NCBI RefSeq assembly: GCF_009914755.1
Contig: NC_060939.1
DNA length: 64,000 bases
Reading direction: 5' to 3' (one strand)
From: the human T2T-CHM13v2.0 reference genome, Homo sapiens
A program made the position numbers and the translations under genes. Below are positions 52,882 through 64,000 of the stretch, piece after piece. The notes below the pieces were generated by a model that saw only the letters and a program-made list of their open reading frames with translations, was not told where the DNA came from and did no database searches. How positions within the stretch are numbered: the first letter of the stretch is position 1; every line of letters begins with the position of its first letter.

Positions 52882-55800
52882 TTGAGTCCATTCAATTCCA
52901 TTCCTTTCGTTTCCATTCCATTTGATGCCATTCCATTCAATTCTGTTCTACTCGACTCCAATACATTCAATTCCATTCCATCCGATTCCATTACATTCTT
53001 TTCATTTCTTATCCATTTCAAGCCATTCCACTCCATTCCATTCCACTCGTTTCCTTTCCATTCGAGTCCATTCCTCTCCAGTCCATTCCGTTCAATCCAT
53101 TCCATTCCAGTCCATTCCATTCGAGTCCGTTCCATTCCAGTCCATTCCATTCGAGTCAATTCCATCCCATTCGATGTCTTTCCATAACGATCCATTCCAT
53201 TCTATTCCTTTCGATTCCATTCCATTCTATTTCATTCCATTCGATTCCCTTCCATTGGACTCCTTTCCATTCGAGTGCATTCCATTCCTTTCCATTTCTT
53301 TCCGTTCTGTACGATTCCTACCGTTCGATTTCATTTTGTTCCAGTCCATTCCTTTCGCGTCCATTCCATTCCATTTCACTCCATTCGATTCCATTCCACT
53401 CGATTCCACTTCGTTCCATTTCATTGCATTCCATTCTATTCAACTCTATTGCCTTCCATTCCATTCCATTCGATTACATTCCATGCGATTCCATTCGAAA
53501 TCGAATCAATTACATTGCAATCCATTACTATTGAGTCCGTTTTATTCCAGTCCACTGCATTCTGGTCCATTCCATTTGATTCCATTCCATTCTATTCCAT
53601 TCCATACAGTTGCATTCCATTGGATTCCATGCTATATCTATAAATTCAATTCGAGACCATTGCTTTTGAGTCCATTCTATATGATTCCATTCCATTCAAG
53701 TCCATTACATTTGGTTCAATTCCATTCCATTCCATTCCCTTCCATTCCATTACATTTGATATGAATCCATTCGATTCCATTCCATTCGAGCACATTCCAT
53801 TCGAGTCCATTCCATTCGATGCCATTCCATTTGATTCTATTCCATTAGTCTCCATTCAATTCCATTAATCTCCATTCCATTCCATTCTACTCCAACTGAT
53901 TCCATTCCATTCTATTCCTTTCCATTCCATTTCATTCCATTCCATTCCATTCGTGTCCATTCCACTCCAGTCCATTCCATTCGTGTCCATTCCATTCCAG
54001 TCCATTCCATTTGTGTCCACTGCATTCCATTCCACTCCATTCCATATTATTCCATTACACTCCATTCCATTCTATTACTTTCATTTCCATTCAATTCCAT
54101 TCCATTTGATTCCATTCCACTCGGTTTCATTCCATTTGAGTCCACTCCATTCCATTCCATTCCATTCCATTCAGTTCCATTCCATTCTGTTCCATTCCAT
54201 TCCGTTCCATTACATTCCATTCCATTCGGTACCATTCCATATTGTTCCATTCGATTCCATTCGAATCCATTCCATTCCAGTCCATTCCATTCGATTCCAT
54301 TCCATTCATTTCAATTCCATTCCATTCCATTCCATTCCATTCCACTTGATTCCTCTCCATTCCCTTCCACTGCATTCCGTTCGATTCCATTCCATTGCAT
54401 TGCATTCCATTCCATTGGATTGCATTCCATTCGATTCCATTCCATTCGAATCAATTACATAGCAATCCATTACATTCGAGTCTATTCTCTTCCGTTCCAT
54501 TCGATTTCGTTCCAATCCATTCGATTCCATTCCATTCGATTCCATTCCATACTATTGCATTCCATTCGATTACATTATATTCGAATAAGTTCCATTCAAG
54601 ACCATTTCTTTTGAGTCCATTCTATTTGAGTCCATTCCCTTTGATTCCATAACATTTGAGTCCATTCAATTCCATTCCTTTCGTTTCCATTCCATTTGAT
54701 GCCATTCCATTCAATTCTGTTCTACTCGACTCCAATACATTCAATTCCATTCCATCCGATTCCATTACATTCTTTTCATTTCTTATCCATTTCAAGCCAT
54801 TCCACTCCATTCCATTCCACTCGTTTCCTTTCCATTCGAGTCCATTCCTCTCCAGTCCATTCCGTTCAATCCATTCCATTCCAGTCCATTCCATTCGAGT
54901 CCGTTCCATTCCAGTCCATTCCATTCGAGTCAATTCCATTATATTCGATGTCTTTCCATAACGATCCATTCCATTCTATTCCTTTCGATTCCATTCCATT
55001 CTATTTCATTCCATTCGATTCCCTTCCATTGGACTCCTTTCCATTCGAGTGCATTCCATTCCTTTCCATTTCTTTCCGTTCTGTACGATTCCTACCGTTC
55101 GATTTCATTTTGTTCCAGTCCATTCCTTTCGCGTCCATTCCATTCCATTTCACTCCATTCGATTCCATTCCACTCGATTCCACTTCGTTCCATTTCATTG
55201 CATTCCATTCTATTCAACTCTATTGCCTTCCATTCCATTCCATTCGATTACATTCCATGCGATTCCATTCGAAATCGAATCAATTACATTGCAATCCATT
55301 ACTATTGAGTCCGTTTTATTCCAGTCCACTGCATTCTGGTCCATTCCATTTGATTCCATTCCATTCTATTCCATTCCATACAGTTGCATTCCATTGGATT
55401 CCATGCTATATCTATAAATTCAATTCGAGACCATTGCTTTTGAGTCCATTCTATATGATTCCATTCCATTCAAGTCCATTACATTTGGTTCAATTCCATT
55501 CCATTCCATTCCCTTCCATTCCATTCCATTTGATATCAATCCATTCGATTCCATTCCATTCGAGCACATTCCATTCGAGTCCATTCCATTCGATGCCATT
55601 CCATTTGATTCTATTCCATTAGTCTCCATTCAATTCCATTAATCTCCATTCCATTCCATTCTACTCCAACTGATTCCATTCCATTCTATTCCTTTCCATT
55701 CCATTTCATTCCATTCCATTCCATTTCATTCCATTCCATTCCATTCGTGTCCATTCCACTCCAGTCCATTCCATTCGTGTCCATTCCATTCCAGTCCATT

Positions 55801-58800
55801 CCATTTGTGTCCACTGCATTCCATTCCACTCCATTCCATATTATTCCATTACACTCCATTCCATTCTATTACTTTCATTTCCATTCAATTCCATTCCATT
55901 TGATTCCATTCCACTCGGTTTCATTCCATTTGAGTCCACTCCATTCCATTCCATTCCATTCCATTCAGTTCCATTCCATTCTGTTCCTTTCCATTCCGTT
56001 CCATTACATTCCATTCCATTCGGTACCATTCCATATTGTTCCATTCGATTCCATTCGAATCCATTCCATTCCAGTCCATTCCATTCGATTCCATTCCATT
56101 CATTTCAATTCCATTCCATTCCATTCCATTACATTCCACTTGATTCCTCTCCATTCCCTTCCACTGCATTCCGTTCGATTCCATTCCATTGCATTGCATT
56201 CCATTCCATTGGATTGCATTCCATTCGATTCCATTCCATTCGAATCAATTACATAGCAATCCATTACATTCGAGTCTATTCTCTTCCGTTCCATTCGATT
56301 TCGTTCCAATCCATTCGATTCCATTCCATTCGATTCCATTCCATACTATTGCATTCCATTCGATTACATTATATTCGAATAAGTTCCATTCAAGACCATT
56401 TCTTTTGAGTCCATTCTATTTGAGTCCATTCCCTTTGATTCCATAACATTTGAGTCCATTCAATTCCATTCCTTTCGTTTCCATTCCATTTGATGCCATT
56501 CCATTCAATTCTGTTCTACTCGACTCCAATACATTCAATTCCATTCCATCCGATTCCATTACATTCTTTTCATTTCTTATCCATTTCAAGCCATTCCACT
56601 CCATTCCATTCCACTCGTTTCCTTTCCATTCGAGTCCATTCCTCTCCAGTCCATTCCGTTCAATCCATTCCATTCCAGTCCATTCCATTCGAGTCCGTTC
56701 CATTCCAGTCCATTCCATTCGAGTCAATTCCATTCCATTCGATGTCTTTCCATAACGATCCATTCCATTCTATTCCTTTCGATTCCATTCCATTCTATTT
56801 CATTCCATTCGATTCCCTTCCATTGGACTCCTTTCCATTCGAGTGCATTCCATTCCTTTCCATTTCTTTCCGTTCTGTACGATTCCTACCGTTCGATTTC
56901 ATTTTGTTCCAGTCCATTCCTTTCGCGTCCATTCCATTCCATTTCACTCCATTCGATTCCATTCCACTCGATTCCACTTCGTTCCATTTCATTGCATTCC
57001 ATTCTATTCAACTCTATTGCCTTCCATTCCATTCCATTCGATTACATTCCATGCGATTCCATTCGAAATCGAATCAATTACATTGCAATCCATTACTATT
57101 GAGTCCGTTTTATTCCAGTCCACTGCATTCTGGTCCATTCCATTTGATTCCATTCCATTCTATTCCATTCCATACAGTTGCATTCCATTGGATTCCATGC
57201 TATATCTATAAATTCAATTCGAGACCATTGCTTTTGAGTCCATTCTATATGATTCCATTCCATTCAAGTCCATTACATTTGGTTCAATTCCATTCCATTC
57301 CATTCCCTTCCATTCCATTCCATTTGATATCAATCCATTCGATTCCATTCCATTCGAGCACATTCCATTCGAGTCCATTCCATTCGATGCCATTCCATTT
57401 GATTCTATTCCATTAGTCTCCATTCAATTCCATTAATCTCCATTCCATTCCATTCTACTCCAACTGATTCCATTCCATTCTATTCCTTTCCATTCCATTT
57501 CATTCCATTCCATTCCATTTCATTCCATTCCATTCCATTCGTGTCCATTCCACTCCAGTCCATTCCATTCGTGTCCATTCCATTCCAGTCCATTCCATTT
57601 GTGTCCACTGCATTCCATTCCACTCCATTCCATATTATTCCATTACACTCCATTCCATTCTATTACTTTCATTTCCATTCAATTCCATTCCATTTGATTC
57701 CATTCCACTCGGTTTCATTCCATTTGAGTCCACTCCATTCCATTCCATTCCATTCCATTCAGTTCCATTCCATTCTGTTCCATTCCATTCCGTTCCATTA
57801 CATTCCATTCCATTCGGTACCATTCCATATTGTTCCATTCGATTCCATTCGAATCCATTCCATTCCAGTCCATTCCATTCGATTCCATTCCATTCATTTC
57901 AATTCCATTCCATTCCATTCCATTCCATTCCACTTGATTCCTCTCCATTCCCTTCCACTGCATTCCGTTCGATTCCATTCCATTGCATTGCATTCCATTC
58001 CATTGGATTGCATTCCATTCGATTCCATTCCATTCGAATCAATTACATAGCAATCCATTACATTCGAGTCTATTCTCTTCCGTTCCATTCGATTTCATTC
58101 CAATCCATTCGATTCCATTCCATTCGATTCCATTCCATACTATTGCATTCCATTCGATTACATTATATTCGAATAAGTTCCATTCAAGACCATTTCTTTT
58201 GAGTCCATTCTATTTGAGTCCATTCCCTTTGATTCCATAACATTTGAGTCCATTCAATTCCATTCCTTTCGTTTCCATTCCATTTGATGCCATTCCATTC
58301 AATTCTGTTCTACTCGACTCCAATACATTCAATTCCATTCCATCCGATTCCATTACATTCTTTTCATTTCTTATCCATTTCAAGCCATTCCACTCCATTC
58401 CATTCCACTCGTTTCCTTTCCATTCGAGTCCATTCCTCTCCAGTCCATTCCGTTCAATCCATTCCATTCCAGTCCATTCCATTCGAGTCCGTTCCATTCC
58501 AGTCCATTCCATTCGAGTCAATTCCATTCCATTCGATGTCTTTCCATAACGATCCATTCCATTCTATTCCTTTCGATTCCATTCCATTCTATTTCATTCC
58601 ATTCGATTCCCTTCCATTGGACTCCTTTCCATTCGAGTGCATTCCATTCCTTTCCATTTCTTTCCGTTCTGTACGATTCCTACCGTTCGATTTCATTTTG
58701 TTCCAGTCCATTCCTTTCGCGTCCATTCCATTCCATTTCACTCCATTCGATTCCATTCCACTCGATTCCACTTCGTTCCATTTCATTGCATTCCATTCTA

Positions 58801-61800
58801 TTCAACTCTATTGCCTTCCATTCCATTCCATTCGATTACATTCCATGCGATTCCATTCGAAATCGAATCAATTACATTGCAATCCATTACTATTGAGTCC
58901 GTTTTATTCCAGTCCACTGCATTCTGGTCCATTCCATTTGATTCCATTCCATTCTATTCCATTCCATACAGTTGCATTCCATTGGATTCCATGCTATATC
59001 TATAAATTCAATTCGAGACCATTGCTTTTGAGTCCATTCTATATGATTCCATTCCATTCAAGTCCATTACATTTGGTTCAATTCCATTCCATTCCATTCC
59101 CTTCCATTCCATTACATTTGATATGAATCCATTCGATTCCATTCCATTCGAGCACATTCCATTCGAGTCCATTCCATTCGATGCCATTCCATTTGATTCT
59201 ATTCCATTAGTCTCCATTCAATTCCATTAATCTCCATTCCATTCCATTCTACTCCAACTGATTCCATTCCATTCTATTCCTTTCCATTCCATTTCATTCC
59301 ATTCCATTCCATTCGTGTCCATTCCACTCCAGTCCATTCCATTCGTGTCCATTCCATTCCAGTCCATTCCATTTGTGTCCACTGCATTCCATTCCACTCC
59401 ATTCCATATTATTCCATTACACTCCATTCCATTCTATTACTTTCATTTCCATTCAATTCCATTCCATTTGATTCCATTCCACTCGGTTTCATTCCATTTG
59501 AGTCCACTCCATTCCATTCCATTCCATTCCATTCAGTTCCATTCCATTCTGTTCCATTCCATTCCGTTCCATTACATTCCATTCCATTCGGTACCATTCC
59601 ATATTGTTCCATTCGATTCCATTCGAATCCATTCCATTCCAGTCCATTCCATTCGATTCCATTCCATTCATTTCAATTCCATTCCATTCCATTCCATTCC
59701 ATTCCACTTGATTCCTCTCCATTCCCTTCCACTGCATTCCGTTCGATTCCATTCCATTGCATTGCATTCCATTCCATTGGATTGCATTCCATTCGATTCC
59801 ATTCCATTCGAATCAATTACATAGCAATCCATTACATTCGAGTCTATTCTCTTCCGTTCCATTCGATTTCGTTCCAATCCATTCGATTCCATTCCATTCG
59901 ATTCCATTCCATACTATTGCATTCCATTCGATTACATTATATTCGAATAAGTTCCATTCAAGACCATTTCTTTTGAGTCCATTCTATTTGAGTCCATTCC
60001 CTTTGATTCCATAACATTTGAGTCCATTCAATTCCATTCCTTTCGTTTCCATTCCATTTGATGCCATTCCATTCAATTCTGTTCTACTCGACTCCAATAC
60101 ATTCAATTCCATTCCATCCGATTCCATTACATTCTTTTCATTTCTTATCCATTTCAAGCCATTCCACTCCATTCCATTCCACTCGTTTCCTTTCCATTCG
60201 AGTCCATTCCTCTCCAGTCCATTCCGTTCAATCCATTCCATTCCAGTCCATTCCATTCGAGTCCGTTCCATTCCAGTCCATTCCATTCGAGTCAATTCCA
60301 TTCCATTCGATGTCTTTCCATAACGATCCATTCCATTCTATTCCTTTCGATTCCATTCCATTCTATTTCATTCCATTCGATTCCCTTCCATTGGACTCCT
60401 TTCCATTCGAGTGCATTCCATTCCTTTCCATTTCTTTCCGTTCTGTACGATTCCTACCGTTCGATTTCATTTTGTTCCAGTCCATTCCTTTCGCGTCCAT
60501 TCCATTCCATTTCACTCCATTCGATTCCATTCCACTCGATTCCACTTCGTTCCATTTCATTGCATTCCATTCTATTCAACTCTATTGCCTTCCATTCCAT
60601 TCCATTCGATTACATTCCATGCGATTCCATTCGAAATCGAATCAATTACATTGCAATCCATTACTATTGAGTCCGTTTTATTCCAGTCCACTGCATTCTG
60701 GTCCATTCCATTTGATTCCATTCCATTCTATTCCATTCCATACAGTTGCATTCCATTGGATTCCATGCTATATCTATAAATTCAATTCGAGACCATTGCT
60801 TTTGAGTCCATTCTATATGATTCCATTCCATTCAAGTCCATTACATTTGGTTCAATTCCATTCCATTCCATTCCCTTCCATTCCATTCCATTTGATATCA
60901 ATCCATTCGATTCCATTCCATTCGAGCACATTCCATTCGAGTCCATTCCATTCGATGCCATTCCATTTGATTCTATTCCATTAGTCTCCATTCAATTCCA
61001 TTAATCTCCATTCCATTCCATTCTACTCCAACTGATTCCATTCCATTCTATTCCTTTCCATTCCATTTCATTCCATTCCATTCCATTTCATTCCATTCCA
61101 TTCCATTCGTGTCCATTCCACTCCAGTCCATTCCATTCGTGTCCATTCCATTCCAGTCCATTCCATTTGTGTCCACTGCATTCCATTCCACTCCATTCCA
61201 TATTATTCCATTACACTCCATTCCATTCTATTACTTTCATTTCCATTCAATTCCATTCCATTTGATTCCATTCCACTCGGTTTCATTCCATTTGAGTCCA
61301 CTCCATTCCATTCCATTCCATTCCATTCAGTTCCATTCCATTCTGTTCCTTTCCATTCCGTTCCATTACATTCCATTCCATTCGGTACCATTCCATATTG
61401 TTCCATTCGATTCCATTCGAATCCATTCCATTCCAGTCCATTCCATTCGATTCCATTCCATTCATTTCAATTCCATTCCATTCCATTCCATTACATTCCA
61501 CTTGATTCCTCTCCATTCCCTTCCACTGCATTCCGTTCGATTCCATTCCATTGCATTGCATTCCATTCCATTGGATTGCATTCCATTCGATTCCATTCCA
61601 TTCGAATCAATTACATAGCAATCCATTACATTCGAGTCTATTCTCTTCCGTTCCATTCGATTTCGTTCCAATCCATTCGATTCCATTCCATTCGATTCCA
61701 TTCCATACTATTGCATTCCATTCGATTACATTATATTCGAATAAGTTCCATTCAAGACCATTTCTTTTGAGTCCATTCTATTTGAGTCCATTCCCTTTGA

Positions 61801-64000
61801 TTCCATAACATTTGAGTCCATTCAATTCCATTCCTTTCGTTTCCATTCCATTTGATGCCATTCCATTCAATTCTGTTCTACTCGACTCCAATACATTCAA
61901 TTCCATTCCATCCGATTCCATTACATTCTTTTCATTTCTTATCCATTTCAAGCCATTCCACTCCATTCCATTCCACTCGTTTCCTTTCCATTCGAGTCCA
62001 TTCCTCTCCAGTCCATTCCGTTCAATCCATTCCATTCCAGTCCATTCCATTCGAGTCCGTTCCATTCCAGTCCATTCCATTCGAGTCAATTCCATTCCAT
62101 TCGATGTCTTTCCATAACGATCCATTCCATTCTATTCCTTTCGATTCCATTCCATTCTATTTCATTCCATTCGATTCCCTTCCATTGGACTCCTTTCCAT
62201 TCGAGTGCATTCCATTCCTTTCCATTTCTTTCCGTTCTGTACGATTCCTACCGTTCGATTTCATTTTGTTCCAGTCCATTCCTTTCGCGTCCATTCCATT
62301 CCATTTCACTCCATTCGATTCCATTCCACTCGATTCCACTTCGTTCCATTTCATTGCATTCCATTCTATTCAACTCTATTGCCTTCCATTCCATTCCATT
62401 CGATTACATTCCATGCGATTCCATTCGAAATCGAATCAATTACATTGCAATCCATTACTATTGAGTCCGTTTTATTCCAGTCCACTGCATTCTGGTCCAT
62501 TCCATTTGATTCCATTCCATTCTATTCCATTCCATACAGTTGCATTCCATTGGATTCCATGCTATATCTATAAATTCAATTCGAGACCATTGCTTTTGAG
62601 TCCATTCTATATGATTCCATTCCATTCAAGTCCATTACATTTGGTTCAATTCCATTCCATTCCATTCCCTTCCATTCCATTCCATTTGATATCAATCCAT
62701 TCGATTCCATTCCATTCGAGCACATTCCATTCGAGTCCATTCCATTCGATGCCATTCCATTTGATTCTATTCCATTAGTCTCCATTCAATTCCATTAATC
62801 TCCATTCCATTCCATTCTACTCCAACTGATTCCATTCCATTCTATTCCTTTCCATTCCATTTCATTCCATTCCATTCCATTTCATTCCATTCCATTCCAT
62901 TCGTGTCCATTCCACTCCAGTCCATTCCATTCGTGTCCATTCCATTCCAGTCCATTCCATTTGTGTCCACTGCATTCCATTCCACTCCATTCCATATTAT
63001 TCCATTACACTCCATTCCATTCTATTACTTTCATTTCCATTCAATTCCATTCCATTTGATTCCATTCCACTCGGTTTCATTCCATTTGAGTCCACTCCAT
63101 TCCATTCCATTCCATTCCATTCAGTTCCATTCCATTCTGTTCCATTCCATTCCGTTCCATTACATTCCATTCCATTCGGTACCATTCCATATTGTTCCAT
63201 TCGATTCCATTCGAATCCATTCCATTCCAGTCCATTCCATTCGATTCCATTCCATTCATTTCAATTCCATTCCATTCCATTCCATTCCATTCCACTTGAT
63301 TCCTCTCCATTCCCTTCCACTGCATTCCGTTCGATTCCATTCCATTGCATTGCATTCCATTCCATTGGATTGCATTCCATTCGATTCCATTCCATTCGAA
63401 TCAATTACATAGCAATCCATTACATTCGAGTCTATTCTCTTCCGTTCCATTCGATTTCATTCCAATCCATTCGATTCCATTCCATTCGATTCCATTCCAT
63501 ACTATTGCATTCCATTCGATTACATTATATTCGAATAAGTTCCATTCAAGACCATTTCTTTTGAGTCCATTCTATTTGAGTCCATTCCCTTTGATTCCAT
63601 AACATTTGAGTCCATTCAATTCCATTCCTTTCGTTTCCATTCCATTTGATGCCATTCCATTCAATTCTGTTCTACTCGACTCCAATACATTCAATTCCAT
63701 TCCATCCGATTCCATTACATTCTTTTCATTTCTTATCCATTTCAAGCCATTCCACTCCATTCCATTCCACTCGTTTCCTTTCCATTCGAGTCCATTCCTC
63801 TCCAGTCCATTCCGTTCAATCCATTCCATTCCAGTCCATTCCATTCGAGTCCGTTCCATTCCAGTCCATTCCATTCGAGTCAATTCCATTCCATTCGATG
63901 TCTTTCCATAACGATCCATTCCATTCTATTCCTTTCGATTCCATTCCATTCTATTTCATTCCATTCGATTCCCTTCCATTGGACTCCTTTCCATTCGAGT
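52882..64000 (+). repeat. Nested 5362-bp trimer repeat (1774+1794+1794 bp), two copies, running to window end
   Basis: Unit lengths are 1774, 1794, 1794, 1774, 1794, 1794. Variants recur at a 5362 offset: GATATG replacing GATATC (53758, 59120), CTGTTCCTTT (55981, 61343) and CGATTTCATT (~58090, 63452). Confidence 0.92.

Larger units (their letters stand above)
1..64000 (+). repeat. HSat3-type (CCATT)n satellite array with ~1794-bp higher-order unit; probably D15Z1/HSat3A5 (1.8-kb KpnI family)
   Basis: Degenerate CCATT pentamers (variants CGATT, CGAGT, CCAGT, TGATT, ACATT) run from the first to the last base, with the C/T-rich strand always on +. The landmark TTGAGTCC following ATAACAT (ORF start 'MSPFNS') recurs at 1711, 3534, 5318, 6212, 8015, 9819, 11613, 13402, 15210, 17003, 18797, 20596, 22390, 24184, 25998, 27792, 29586, 31380, 33164, 34973, 36761, 38570, 40349, 42158, 43937, 45746, 47525, 49314, 51088, 52882, 54656, 56450, 58244, 60018, 61812 and 63606; the modal spacing is 1794. 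There is one GGTACC per unit (1283, 3106, 4895, 5784, 7587 ... 63178). The satellite class is near certain; the subfamily/chromosome call is less so (~0.8). Confidence 0.97.

Noticed and set aside
1-64000. CRISPR-like or repeat-spacer array, or a prokaryotic system
   Set aside because: There are no unique spacers and no associated genes; all sequence derives from the same pentamer.
1-64000. Embedded transposon (Alu/L1), inversion or transition to another satellite
   Set aside because: Landmark spacing is never longer than 1823 bp and the C/T-rich strand stays on + throughout. I saw no poly-A, GC-rich or GGAAT-oriented segment.
1-64000. Assignment to HSat2 (chr1 1.77-kb unit) or DYZ1 (chrY 3.56-kb unit)
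   Set aside because: It lacks the CATCAT/GATGAT-type 23/26-bp HSat2 motif and keeps strict pentamer phase. The base period is 1794 bp, and the 3.6-kb period here is only a local dimer of near-identical units.

Overview
The whole 64 kb is one uninterrupted, single-orientation array of (CCATT)n/(AATGG)n pentamer satellite of the Human Satellite 3 (HSat3) type. It is built as a ~1.8-kb higher-order unit (modal length 1794 bp, about 35.5 units), with one KpnI site (GGTACC) position per unit. This fits the classical 1.8-kb KpnI satellite III family D15Z1 (HSat3A5, chromosome 15 short-arm/pericentromeric heterochromatin); that assignment is from recalled knowledge, not a database search. I found no genes, RNA genes, transposons or unique sequence, and all listed ORFs are artefacts of the stop-poor pentamer. 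I see no new gene system. The interesting content is structural: the 1.8-kb unit is itself an ancient dimer of ~0.9-kb halves, one unit has collapsed to 894 bp between paralogous positions of those halves, and there are nested 2-, 3- and 4-unit periodicities, a probable gene-conversion tract, divergent patches and a strict pentamer-phase rule for unit length. All counts and coordinates were read by eye and should be confirmed by alignment.
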